From positions 44,392,001 to 44,456,000 of the forward strand of contig OZ260665.1 of assembly GCA_965285935.1 (NCBI GenBank): a DNA stretch of 64,000 nt. The letters are read 5' to 3'. This document shows, in pieces, positions 23,731 to 36,316 of this stretch (positions within the stretch are counted from its first letter, which is position 1; the number at the start of each line of letters is the position of its first letter). Source of the DNA: Ophelia neglecta (Eukaryota). The notes under the pieces are model-generated. The model was given only the letters and a program-made list of their open reading frames with translations, did no database searches and had not been told where the DNA came from. The position numbers and the translations under genes are program-made.

Positions 23731-25775
23731 TGTCTTTTTAGATAACTGAAACCTCTTTCTGGCGAATAGTTTAAGATGGGACATCTAAATGTACTGGACA
23801 ATATATATATATATATGCAAGAAAAAGATATTTGCTAGTTTAAAGTTTGGAACTGATTGGTTTTTTATGAATTTCCTAATTTAGTTCTGGGAATATATTT
23901 TTACCATTACAGTACTTTGCCTATTTGCCAACTTTGGCATTTAAAAGAGCTACAATCTGTAACTCGTAACCATTAATTGAAACAATGCATCAGAATTTTT
24001 TTATAATAGCAAAATGGCCATATGTGTACTCTTTCCTACTTCCTCATTTGTATTATGTAGTAACAGTGACTAGTTTTAGTTGATCATCTTTTAAAGGAAC
24101 ATTAAATAGAAGGAAACCTGTGCTTGATGGCTCTGTCACCTGGTGGTGTACCATGCATGTAATCCAAAACAAAGCCTGCAACAAGCACTGGGTCAGGAGA
24201 CCTCGTCAGCCAAAATGATCTTTACTACACCATAATTATTTTAATCTAGGTTTTGAAGACCCAACACACTTTTTAAACTTATTTAACATGCTTTAACTAA
24301 ATAATAAACAAAGTGAACCAAATATAATTTGATTCAGGTCGCTGCTTATCTTCTCAGCACGTACAGTAAACAAAAATAAAACTCATTGTAGGAGTGTTTA
24401 TTACACAAATGACAGTGTACATCAACATTTATTCATATCTAAACCTATCTAAAAATATCTCAAATCCTACCCCAGTCCTTATTACATTTAACAAATATAC
24501 TAAATTTACACACTATGTTGAACAGACAGCCAAACGGCTGGGAGTTAATATGCACATGTAGTTATTTAATTTGAAAAACTTCTCCAAAACAAAGAGACAC
24601 TATGTAGCTATCTAATGTGAAAACTTGTTCAAAACTGACTACAAAACAGGAGACAATATGTGGCAAAGTAACTTTTAAAACTAACTATACTGAAGTTCAA
24701 CACTGTATACCTGGAAACGTTTGCAACATAAATAGTTAGGAATTTCACAATTTGCGCATTTCATGCAGGATATTTCTCTACTTTGGCAAAATGTTGGAAA
24801 GGCCATAGTACATCTAGCATCATTGACTTAGAAAGTGAATATCACAATAATCATGAGCTGCAGTCACTCTAAAATAAGCATAGCATTGAAATTATAGGGC
24901 TCACCTGTGAATATAGACGGCTTTATTTGTGTACTTGCAAACATTGTTTTTGTTAAGGGAGGTGCCATAGAACATTAATTTACATAAGGTTCTATTCACA
25001 CTTTTATATAAAAAAATTATCTCACTATTTCAGTATACTGTTTATTAAACAAATGTTGCATGTTGTTGTCCCTGATTGGCGGGCAAACTGGGCTGTACTA
25101 TTTGCAGCCAGTATGCCATGTTTACATGTTGTGGCTAGCCTTATGTATGGGCTGCTTTTGGTAAGAGTACAGGATAAAACCAAAACACCACGCTTGAATC
25201 CGGCAAACAATGTGGAACACATGCCTTCGTCATGTATGCTCTTCTGCCTTCGGTTTCTGGGTTCCAGATGCTAGGCTTGTGTTCCACACCGGATGGCATG
25301 TTTAGGTTCAAACTTGGGGTAACTAGTATAGGACAGTAAAGCTGTTTTAATATCAATCATTATTATGCCATATGAAGTACAGATATACAGTATAAAATTT
25401 GCATACAGCTAGCCAATATATCAACACAAAATTTAAACCAAATACTTTAAACATAGAACTCTGCCCTTGAAAACCAAGATAAAAAAATAATCTGAGTACA
25501 AATTCTTGGTCAAAATCCTCATTAAATATGAAAATGCCACAAAATGGGGCATTTACCTATTCAGACAATTTACACCATAATAATTACTGTCAAAAAATGA
25601 TAAGAGTTGGGACAAAAAATTCTCAGGGAAAAAGGGATTAAAAGTGTTTAATCTCAACAGTATGATAGCCATCAGTAGCTTCTAAAACAGAAAAACCTTC
25701 CTGTAGAAAATAAAAATCGTTGTTGCATTCAATAATATAATTCTGCAATATTAAAATTAAACAGCCCTTATTAAA

Positions 25776-28700
25776 TTAATCTGTCTTTAGTGATTTGCCA
25801 TTATCTACAGATGTTGGCTTGCTGGAGTCTGTTAGTCCTGTTCTAATCTTTCTAGGTTTAAATAAATATCCTATAGCAATAAATACAAACATAAAAACAT
25901 GTGTAAAGAAATAAATGCTGGTATAATATCGCATTGTGTCATGGTAGGATAGGAGTAGAAAGCCCATACACATGTAGTCAAAGGCTCGGCAACGCCAAAA
26001 CCAGGCCACCCAATCATAGATAATTTGCTGGTTAGGGTTTTTACTATCACGAAATGCTGCAGCCATGAAGTCTTCAGCCATTAGAATTGGGGGTACAGTG
26101 AGGAAGGCGATATAATATCCTGGGTGTACTCCATGCCAAAAAGCACTCACAGACATTGTTATGGCCACCCTGTAATATAATTTTTTTTTAAATTTAGATA
26201 CATGTACTTCGTAATATAGACTTACATTGGTGCAATTTAGTTTGATTTGTACATTGAAGCTAATTATTTTGGCTACTTTACCTGATGGGACCACTTTTTA
26301 AGGTAATCCTCCTATAAACATTGAATGCAAGCCAGTATTGTACTGTCATGTTCCACGCTTTCATTCCTTCTCTCACAGTGGTAGACAATTCACAACCATA
26401 CTCATACACATTGTGAACAGTTTCAAAGTCATATGCTACTCCTTCAGGTGACTGACTTTCACTAAGAAAAGACAGAAAATTTATCTTAAACTTTGAAAAA
26501 ATTATTCAAAACAGACTACAAATCAATCAGAGCTTGGCAGCAGGCAATTTAAAGTTGAAATGCAGTGGTTGGCATTTCACAATGTTTAAATAATTTTTAT
26601 ATACTGTAAAGGAGAAAATGTTTGAGTGGGTTCAAATTAACAATACTGACACTTTGTCTGTTTTTAAACCCTTGCAAACAGATAATGTAGGCCCTTTGTG
26701 AACATGGGAATACAATATTTGTGAGTTTTAATTTCGCAACAGAGTTTTTTTTTGTTTTTTTTTGCAAAAATATTGTGAAAACATTTTTAATATTACAGTT
26801 GCTGTGCCAGAGCTGTCTAACACATATTACCAGCTGCTGATTCATCCTCATTTAATATCATATTGCAATCTCCTATGCCATGAGACAGGGTTGAAATTTA
26901 GCTATTTCCAATTCATGTTAATAAATTGGAAAGACAAAGGTCAAGTCCAAGGTCACTTTGTAGATCCCTTTAAATGTTTTCTTCATAGATATGAGACCTT
27001 GTGATTAAAAGTTGAGCATACATGTATATAGATGGGTTGAAAGTCTGTATTTAAAGATGGCCAAACTAACACATTTACTCCTGATCATAAAAAGGGATCT
27101 TGTTGCATTTTTCACAGTAAGCAATTACATGTAAATCAGCCAGAAAATATTGTGCCTGTCCTACTGCCTGCTGTCTTTTCTATATAACAGTGATTCTTTT
27201 CTAGACCGTAAAGATAGGGGGTTTAAGGCATATCTGAGCATTGCATATTCATCCTAGCAGTGCAGGATACTCACCATTCCTTAAGGGCTGTCAGATTACT
27301 GGGACCTACGCCTACTCTAGGCTTACTGGCAGCAGGATAGGCCCCCAAGCCGGCCATGATGCACATAGCTTCAGACATCAGCCATGCTAGGTACAGTCGC
27401 ATACGAAACATAAAGAACATGGGTGCCATGTAGAATAGACGAAACCAAAATGGTTCTGTGTAAAAAGCATCACTCCTGGCATACTGCAAAATAACAAAAT
27501 AATATGTCAGTAGATAAAGTCCTTTCATAGACTTATGAGGAATATTGTTTATTAGTTATGTACATTAATAACTGAACATTTGTTGAGCCTGAGAGTGTAC
27601 TCCAAGAAAGAACAGGGATACAGTGATCTATATTTTAACTTATAGGTACAGGCTAGAAATACAGTCATGCTTGATCTTATCATAATTAAAGTAGTTCCTC
27701 CAATTGCTATGGAGCCAAAAAAAACTGCCTCCATCATAATACCTATACCTATTAAGCTTATTCACTGCCGGCTTTTCTGTGAGCAAAGCCATGTTGGATG
27801 AGATATATCATCAAACACAGTGAATGAGTAAACATTGGGGGCTTGAATAGAGATTATCCTAATTACTCATCAATTTGAGCAGAAGCGGATCTATACTATA
27901 TTTATCACAAAGACTATACATATATACCTCAATATCTTATCACAAATTGGTCACTAGTAGTAAGAGTAACATAATATATGCTACCCCAAAAAATTTGGAT
28001 AAAATAATTTTAATATTAAAAGTTAGCTTACATCAATATTGAAGTACATGGAGCCAATAAAGAAGGCTACAGCATACAGAGGTAACCGTTTAAGTCTTCT
28101 CATGGTGGGTGTTAAAGTGTCTATGTTCCTTATGTTCTTCGTGTGCATCATGTCATGATATGTTCTGTACTTATAATATGGCCCTGCAGCATTGAGAACA
28201 AAGTTTAATGGTACTGCAAAAAGAGTTTCAAAGTCATTAATTTGATAACTAAAGCTTGCATACTGAAAATGGACAGTTTCTTTAATATAAAGAACTGCAT
28301 GACCTGCCAAATAATATTTCTCATTTAATAACCTACAAAATGAGTGCTCATTTTGTCCAAAACATTGTAAGGTGGGGGGGAGGGGGGCAGTGGCAGGCAG
28401 AAGGGTCAAAGAAGTTATGTTTGAGTCTCCACCCACACACAGCAATTTCCACATTCTGTTCTCCATTAGAGTCCCAGATGGCTGTCCACCAATCTCATCT
28501 TTAACTGCCAGAAATTCCAACTCCTTGCACTTCTTAAAGCAATTGTGCTCCCTGTTATTTATATTTTTAATGGCTCTGAGTCTGCTCAATGGTTCTTTGA
28601 TCCTATAAGTGATTCAATATATTAATTTGATCTGTTTTACTATGTGTGCCTCACTTCACCATGTGACATGTGACATAACTTGCTTTCTGGCAGGTTGTCT

Positions 28701-31700
28701 GCTTTGTGGCATTGAGCCTGTTTAGCTTCAAGATATATGCTCTACTCCATTGACACATTTTACCTTACCTCTGCTATTCAATCCATCAATCCACTCTGTC
28801 CTTTTTTTCACATGCACATTACATTGTGTTTTTACTTTGCTATAAGGAAGGGAGTGGGGGGGGGGTCTTACTTCCAGTTTTTACCATGCCGAGATGGGAG
28901 GGTTCAAACTTTCAGTTGTATCACCTCTCCTCCATTTTGTATCACGTCCAAAGGGAGGTGACAGCAAAATTGTACTTGGATAATGCTCTACTCCCTTAAC
29001 CTTTTTCTTACAATGATACTATATCACATAATTTTTTATTTCATATCTGATCATACCTAGCGTTGCAGGGCTTTTAGTTACTAATAAACAGTCGATGGCT
29101 ATTTGGGGGGAATCATCTCTTACATGAAATTTTTTCTTTATCTTTATAAAGAAGATTTAAATCCTGTTAGTGGGAAGAGGTAAATTGTTGAATGAGAAAT
29201 CCTTCCTCATTTGTTATTGCCTCATGCAAATGATTTCTGCAGGTATGATTCCTACCTGTTAATAATCCTATATAGCAAAAGCTGTAATGCAGCTGCTCCA
29301 CACAGGATGGGGAAACATTTTGATACTCATTTTGCAATTTGATTTTTTCATCTTTAGGATTTTTCTTAGCTGCCTCTCTATTCACATATGTGTCGTGGAT
29401 TTCAAAAGCAAGTCCCACAAGCTGAAATTATTGTGTGCAAATTAGTATATGTTACAAGTAAAAACAATTGTTTTTTAATTTTTATACACCTGTTCCCAGT
29501 ATAATATATTATATGGCATGATGGTAGTAAGATCACAGGCATGGTGGAATCAAACTAAATCCATAATAATGATTTCTTCAGATACAAGTGAATACTAGGC
29601 CTTTATCATATATCAGTTTTTTACAAGATAGCTAAATAGTTGAGCACTACTACAAAGTAGTAGAAAAAAAAGAGATACAGAGCGGTTCTTACTGGTACAT
29701 AACTCCCAATAAGCACATATGGCAGTGACACACTATTCCGCAATATATAAATAATGGGAGGTCCAAAATCCAAGCAAACCTCCCATCCTTGAAAAACATG
29801 TTCAAATAAGCTTATTTCCGACAAGCACAAATCAATTAAAAGATTGCAGTTGATAATTCCCCCATTCTTTCTGTCAAAAAAACACATGTCTGACATGGGT
29901 CTTCTGGCAAGGAATTTATATAAGAACAAACTTGTGTCTACATTAATGTGCATATGACAAAATCAAAAAACATAGAGAAGCATGTAAATCCTTGTGCTTT
30001 GTGAAAACTTATTTCCTGCATATGACCATCTAATTATCATCAACAGGATTTTATTAGCAGACACAAAAATAGAAGGCTGAACAGAAATATTACTTACTTT
30101 AAGCGTTAGAAGCAGTTGAACTGCATTGGCATGAGGAAGAACTTTTGGCAAACCCAAATAATGTGTTAAGCGGAAAAATACTATGTACCCAAAGCACCAT
30201 CCAAAACTAATCCAGTGGCATATTCTGAAAAGAAAGAAAAAATTGATATATCTATGAATGTTCTAGAGAATGAAACAAGTCCACAGTGACACATGCAGTG
30301 CTAGGGATGAACATACATGTACATGTATGCCCTGCAGAGAGGGACCCGGCAACGTATTTAGCAGAGAATGCGTTAATAAATTAGTGAGATAAAATCTTTT
30401 CCGTTAAAAAAAATGATTAAGAGATTCTTCTCTATTTCAATTACACCACAGCCACTATTTCTTAGGGTGCAGATTAAAAGCTCACTTCTTGATCCTCCTG
30501 GCTATATATGGCAGTCCTCATAGGAGGTAGTTCTTCCATAGGAGTCCTCTAAATAGGACCCTTTCCTCTTTTTAACCTTTTAGTAACTGTTTGAATGTGA
30601 CATTGTGACTTTTTAAAAATCATCAGACCTGTCACTATAACACATATCATTAAATGGCACCCAGCTATTACCTTACATATTATACACTATATGTATAGTA
30701 GTATTTTTGTTTGTAATTTTGCTCAATTTAGAGAAGTTGGGAAATAGGCCAATCTGAAATATTTTCCAATGTTATAACCTTATTTCTGGCTCATATTGTA
30801 GTGGCATTCTATATCCAGTTCATCAAATTTGCTACATTACTATAACTTCATACCGCAAAACCAATATTTATTATTTCTTTTGAGGTAGAGGGGTAATATT
30901 GGTATGCTTTGGGGAGCAAGTTAAAGCAAAGCAAGCGAACTAATGCACATTGCACTTATTCTTATACAAGCAAGTGGTATTTGGGGCATATAACAACTCG
31001 TGAATATTACGCACTAGTGTACATTTAATTCCTAATCATCTGAAATTCTTATTTTGGCAAATTTATCCATGTTTACAACATTTTCGTATCACTTATTATA
31101 TCTTGCTATGAGTGCTGCCCCCATAGAGAACTGTGACCCACAGTTCAGTTCAGGCAGTGCGCAATTCTATGGAGTTCACTTTCCTCCTTGAAGTATTAAC
31201 AAAGACGGGAGAGAGCAATCGTATAATTTAGCAAAAAAAAAAAAAACACAGATAAAAGCACAGTCATGTTATCAGTAGTTTATGTGTAGATTTAAAACCT
31301 GCAAATGATCCTGTCTTGGCACCCCTTTATTGTTATTGATGCATGGTTTAGGCCAATTTCGGTGGGTTTCAATGTTTTAATAGTATAACCTTTTAATAAC
31401 TAGAAAACCAAAATGTTCACCTTTTCCCTACGAACCAAAACGTCTGGGCTGACATGTTCTGGGACTAAAATGTCTGGCTACCCTATATTAACAGTACTCG
31501 GGGACACAGGTACTCATTACTGAGTACTTGAGGGGTGGGTTACTGTCAGGCAAGCTAGTATGTAGCCTGCCTGACAGCTACCCCCCCCCCCCCCCCGCCT
31601 CACGGACTGAGTAATGAGTACCTATGCCTTGGAACCTTTATTGTTGATTCCCTGTGTTACCAATCCCGAACAACCCTCCCTATCACAAACACCCCCCCCC

Positions 31701-32041
31701 CACCACCACCACCCCCCCACCACCCCCAACCTTCTACCAAATCAATACTCCCCTGTATCTGGGGACATAAGTTTATTAATTATCACATATCCCTTTAATA
31801 TTGTCTGTTGGAAATTGTAAAATTACCTTGGACTAAAGAGAGAAATAATTGCAATATTTCCAAGCACAGTTACCACAGAATGTAATCCGTCATGCCTGCA
31901 AACAAGGATAATTAATGTCACTCCCACTGCTGTGGAAACGTACTGTTTTTTCACTGGACAATCTATTTTTTTTACAATGTGTCCAAATGGTACAGAGAAC
32001 AATAGAAGACATCCGTAAATCACGTCATCCTGGAAGCCCAT
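25776..32041 (-). CDS. MBOAT7: Lysophospholipid acyltransferase 7 (MBOAT7/LPIAT1), ~480 aa
   Basis: Exons 32041-31827, 30224-30098, 29421-29256, 28183-28032, 27483-27275, 26461-26282, 26169-25776 (1443 nt, phases consistent). Motifs HANAVQLLLTLK, YIGLLTGPYYKYRTY, AGLGAYP, WNMTVQYWL and the catalytic-His motif SAFWHGVHPGYY. C-terminal KSLKTD resembles a dilysine-type ER signal. Confidence 0.94.
31508..31623. mobile_element. Small palindromic MITE-like element in the first coding intron of MBOAT7
   Basis: AGGTACTCATTACT...CTGTCAGGCAAGCTA-gtatg-TAGCCTGCCTGACAG...AGTAATGAGTACCT, with poly-C expansion in the right arm. Confidence 0.6.
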
Positions 32042-32179
32042 CTTCCTTCTTTTTTTTTTGCTGACAGTGTGCAAAGGGCGATAAAAGAGTATTCCTTGCC
32101 TGGTAACAGGAAGCACTTTTTGGTGGACTGGTAAATCAGTAGCAAAGAAGTAGTATCAAAAAAGCCTTTATTTTTTTAC

Positions 32180-32243
32180 AGGCTGTTCTCGCGTTAAAGG
32201 GAGTGTTCATTAGGCTGTTCTCGCGTTAAAGGGAGTGTTCATT
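32180..32243. repeat. Perfect 32-bp tandem duplication
   Basis: AGGCTGTTCTCGCGTTAAAGGGAGTGTTCATT x2. Confidence 0.9.
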
Positions 32244-33809
32244 ATTAACAGTAACAGGTGGGGGGAAGAGGAGGAAGGGGGCCAGAAATGTGTAATCCCT
32301 TTCTGAGGGGGGGGGGGGGGGGGGGGGGGATGCGGGGGTAAGCAGAATGCAGGTTGAGCAGTATGGTAGGGGTGGTAGACCAAGTCCTGTGCCACTGTAT
32401 ACTGTCTGCTCTGCTCCCATCTATGTGAGTAGAGAAAGATATATGGTAAAGAGGGAGGGGGAGTGCGGGGGGGGGGGGTGTAGGTGTAATGAGTTTGATC
32501 TTGCACCTGTTGCTTTCTTAACCAATTCAAGTGATCATGACAATTTAAGTCTTGGAAATTAAGCTAAGGTACTTCTTGCCGAGTCATTAGAGATCGAGAA
32601 TCGGTACAAAGAAAATGCACTAATTAATTGAGTGACCTTCTTAAATACCAAAAATATATAATTAAAGCAATTTAAACAATAATTTGTTTATCCTACATAT
32701 TGTAATAACAGGGGCTTTTGCAACATACATCTACTATATAAAGAAGTTAGTACATATATATATATACGTTATCTATATACATAGATAAGCATTGACACAA
32801 GCCCTGTAATTGAAATAGTAGTGGTAAGAAATATGGTCCATCTCTCCATACGTGGCCAGTCCGTATCTATTTCTACCCACATTATGGCACAGGAGCGGGT
32901 CGTCTGATCTGGTGATTGCGATCAGAGAGTAAACAACACTCTTATAGCCGCCTTACCGTGTGTTTTATAACATTACTTACAGCGCCGTCATCTCTCTAGT
33001 CATACTAACAAGCCGTTTAGAAACGCAAGCTCCCCACCAATTAAAAGTGATGGTAAAACATGTCTATGGCAACACGTGGTTCATCATCTAGAAAAACCAA
33101 AACATTTATTAACTACTATCACCTACATGATTATGAATAAGTTGTTTACAAATATTCGTTCATAAAACATAAAGGAATTACATATCAACCAATAAATATT
33201 TTGATTTTAAATTCGAAAATGGGTGCCAACAGGTTATACATCATGTTGTCAAATACAATGCAAGCACTATATCGACAGTGCTGTGATTCCAACTCTGTTG
33301 CAAAGTGGTGCCATCTACATTGTGATTTTGCAGAAAACGAGATGGTCATAACGGGTTAAAAATAGTATTTTTCTTTTAACTGGGAAAATGAAATAAACAG
33401 ATTTAATATAATGTGCAACTTATTTAAAGAATATAGTGCCGAATTGATATTTTAGTAGCTTTATAACTGAGGCATGAGGTGCTTTACCCAAAATCAAGCA
33501 AATTGATATAAAGAAGTTAAATATTAATCATACCTATAAACAACAGGCCTTGTATTATTTGCAGACAGAAGGCACAGCTGGGAACATGTCACATGGAAAC
33601 CAGTTATTTAACATCAAGGAGGAGTTAATCATTCTCCAGAGGTCACTGAAAGAATTATCAATGCATAAACTGTGAGGAATTTTCAACTATTATAGGTGAG
33701 TTTTGTTATATATTATTCTGGAAATATTTGTGGGCAGCAAACATTGTTGAATTTAGCAACTTGGTCATAGATGTTTAGTACAGTTGTAATACTTTACATG
33801 TGAAGTAAC

Positions 33810-33886
33810 CAGTGAAATAAGGACAAACGAAATAAGAGGACAGATTTCCCAGTCCCTTGGCTGTCCCTTATTGACAGGTTTCACTG
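33810..33886. mobile_element. Internally deleted copy of the CAGTGAAAC MITE family
   Basis: CAGTGAAA...CAGTCCCTTGGCTGTCCCTTATTGACAGGTTTCACTG matches the 3' end of the 1458-1635 element. Confidence 0.55.
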
Positions 33887-36232
33887 TTCATCCCATAATA
33901 TTGCAGCCTATTCAGTACTCCGGCTTTTCTCAAGTAGAAAGCAATGCTGTTCACAACCGGTTAATCTCTTGATGTCAGTACCTAATTGTACTGCCTTGTC
34001 TTTTTTGGACAGTTCCTGAAATAAGCGTGAATATATCTAAGTCTTTATACAGAAAAAATAGGACGGTCCAATTGGTGGATAGTGCAATTCATCATTTTGG
34101 TCACCGCAAATTGGACACATTGCATTTAAAATGGGTGATTTTTTTCCACAAAGATGTTTCAATACAAATTATTTCTGCTTCTGCATGTATCTAGATATTT
34201 CAACAAAGTTATGTTCAACAAGATATTTAAGATGCCCTGCTCCGGTCCGGAAGGGGATGTATAAAGCTATGTCATGCATGGAATATTTATGATTTGGGGG
34301 ATCTTAAAGACGACTCTTTAGTCTTAGAGAGCTAACATTGTGACAAGGCTTCCTGATTGTGTAAACATGTCCATTAACCCAGCCTTGAAACTAATAAGTT
34401 GATTGTTTCAATACTCTTCAAACTCGTATTTGGATAATATTTATGGACCCCCTTGCATCTTGCACGCCGTTTATATGGCTTTGTACATTTTGTGGCCGTT
34501 AATCTGTTTTTTTATTATGGTACAGCATTGTTCCGTGTGGTATATCGCAGTTCATATAAGGTCATCAAGGGATTAAAAAATAAAAGAACTACTCAATGAC
34601 AACTTCCATCAGCCTTATCAGCCTTCCTCCCACCCCCCACCCCCCACCCCCCCAAAAAAAGAAATGATTTTGCATAAAATAAGTAAGCCTTGCAGAAGAA
34701 TCAATGTAGAACCAGCTGCTTGAGGCCCGTTGACTGAGGGTGATGTTCGTTGCTCTTGGGTGAATGGCGGGGAATAGGATCCGTGTTTGGAAATGAACTG
34801 TGTGGGTTTGTAGGTTTAAAGTTTGATTGAGGCCGGGTGCTCCTTGTTGGCCTTGGGGGAATGTTGGTGAATGGATATCCAATTTTCAGACAGTTGCGCT
34901 TACTTGTGTGTAAATATTGTACTCATTTGTAAGTGGTTTCTTCTGGCTGAACTTTGGAAAATCGGATTCGCCTTTAGAAATCTATTCTGTGGTTTAATAA
35001 TGGGTGTGCCCAATATTGTAATTGCTTATAGTCACGTTTGAATTGACTCTGCATATGCAAAATGACTGCAGAGTGAACCTTGTTACATTGCTGACAGTTG
35101 GATTTCTCAGCTGCCAATTCGGGTTACTACTAGTTCGGCTATAACGGAGTTATGCTATACGTTGATATGGCACAGATATTTAAATGACGAACTTTAGAAT
35201 AGATCTATGCTGTTTTAGAGAAATTAAAGTTTATTTTATGTTTTTATAATTGTACTTGCAGTGCTTCACTCGGTCATTTCACTTGGTTAGCTGCTTTAAT
35301 TTGAAAGTGTCAATCGCTTTAAATTGTTGGTGTTAAGTTTGAAATGTGTTCAGAGTGGCTTTTACCATCCATATGAATCATTGTGATACACCGGATGTTG
35401 CCCAGTTAGCCAGCTGTAGTTGCAATTTTACGTAAAATTGGCAACTGGTAACTGGCAGCCAGGTTCACATTTTAAACGAAAATGAATAGGCAACTGGCAA
35501 CTGAGAGAAAATTTTATTTTTGAGTCCATGCCATAGCTTTCTGGCGTAATCCGCTGTGTTGCAAAGCTGTCATGCGATAAATCGTAGGTCAAGGGTATGA
35601 TAAAAAAAAACTCTGTAAACTGTTTGCTTAAGCCCAGGCCATTCGCCATTGTCTTCTCTGGCTGCTTTGTGAACCCACAGTGGCTTCTATCTAGAAGTCA
35701 GCTTCTGACCACAGTTAGTGAACTCAGCTATGATATCGGTGATCAACAACTTGCTCATGTCCATGCGATTTTGCCTGTCAAATCTCAACATGGTGTATGA
35801 ATTTGAGTCATTGTTAGTCACTGAAAATGGCCAGTTAGTCAGCTCCCAATTCGATTTTTTGCCCAACGCCCTTGTCAAGACAAAGTAGTTTTACTTTTAG
35901 CTTCGTGTTTTCATAGCTTCGCGGATCATGTAAACAACAGTATTTGGTAATAGTATTCTTTTTTTTCTCAATTCCATGTAACAAAATCTCTCCAATAAGA
36001 TAGGGTGGCCCGTGATAACGACCATCTGCGATGTTATTGGGTGTCTCCTCGGTCCTTAATTGTATTAATTCTTTGTTAAGTTTTCCAATATACTATGTGT
36101 ATTATGGTAACTGTATGAACCGATTAAGTAATTATGAGTCCGTTCTGAGTTCTAAGAGTGTTCTGAGACACCCCCCCCCCCCCTGACTTCACAGCAGTCC
36201 TTTGCCTTATTTATAAGTAATTCCCTTTTTCA

Positions 36233-36316
36233 ACTCGCCAGTCGCCACTCGCTTTTTTTTACCTCGCCACTCGCTTTTTTTACCTCGCCACTCGCTTTTT
36301 TTACCTCGCCACTCGC
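36233..36316. repeat. ~21-bp tandem repeat (CCTCGCCACTCGCTTTTTTTA) x3-4
   Basis: Read directly from the sequence. Confidence 0.85.

Noticed and set aside
28023-28589. 188-aa ORF as a standalone gene
   Set aside because: Only 28183-28032 is coding (MBOAT7 exon 4); the rest is intron read-through.
32210-32562. Proline/glycine-rich ORFs
   Set aside because: Products of poly-G/poly-C tracts in non-coding DNA.
34680-35030. Possible CR1-type LINE 3' remnant on the minus strand
   Set aside because: Similarity too weak to support without a profile search.
36233-36316. CRISPR-like regularly spaced repeats (also 3715-4125 and 23435-23499)
   Set aside because: No unique spacers, eukaryotic context and no cas genes; these are simple tandem repeats.
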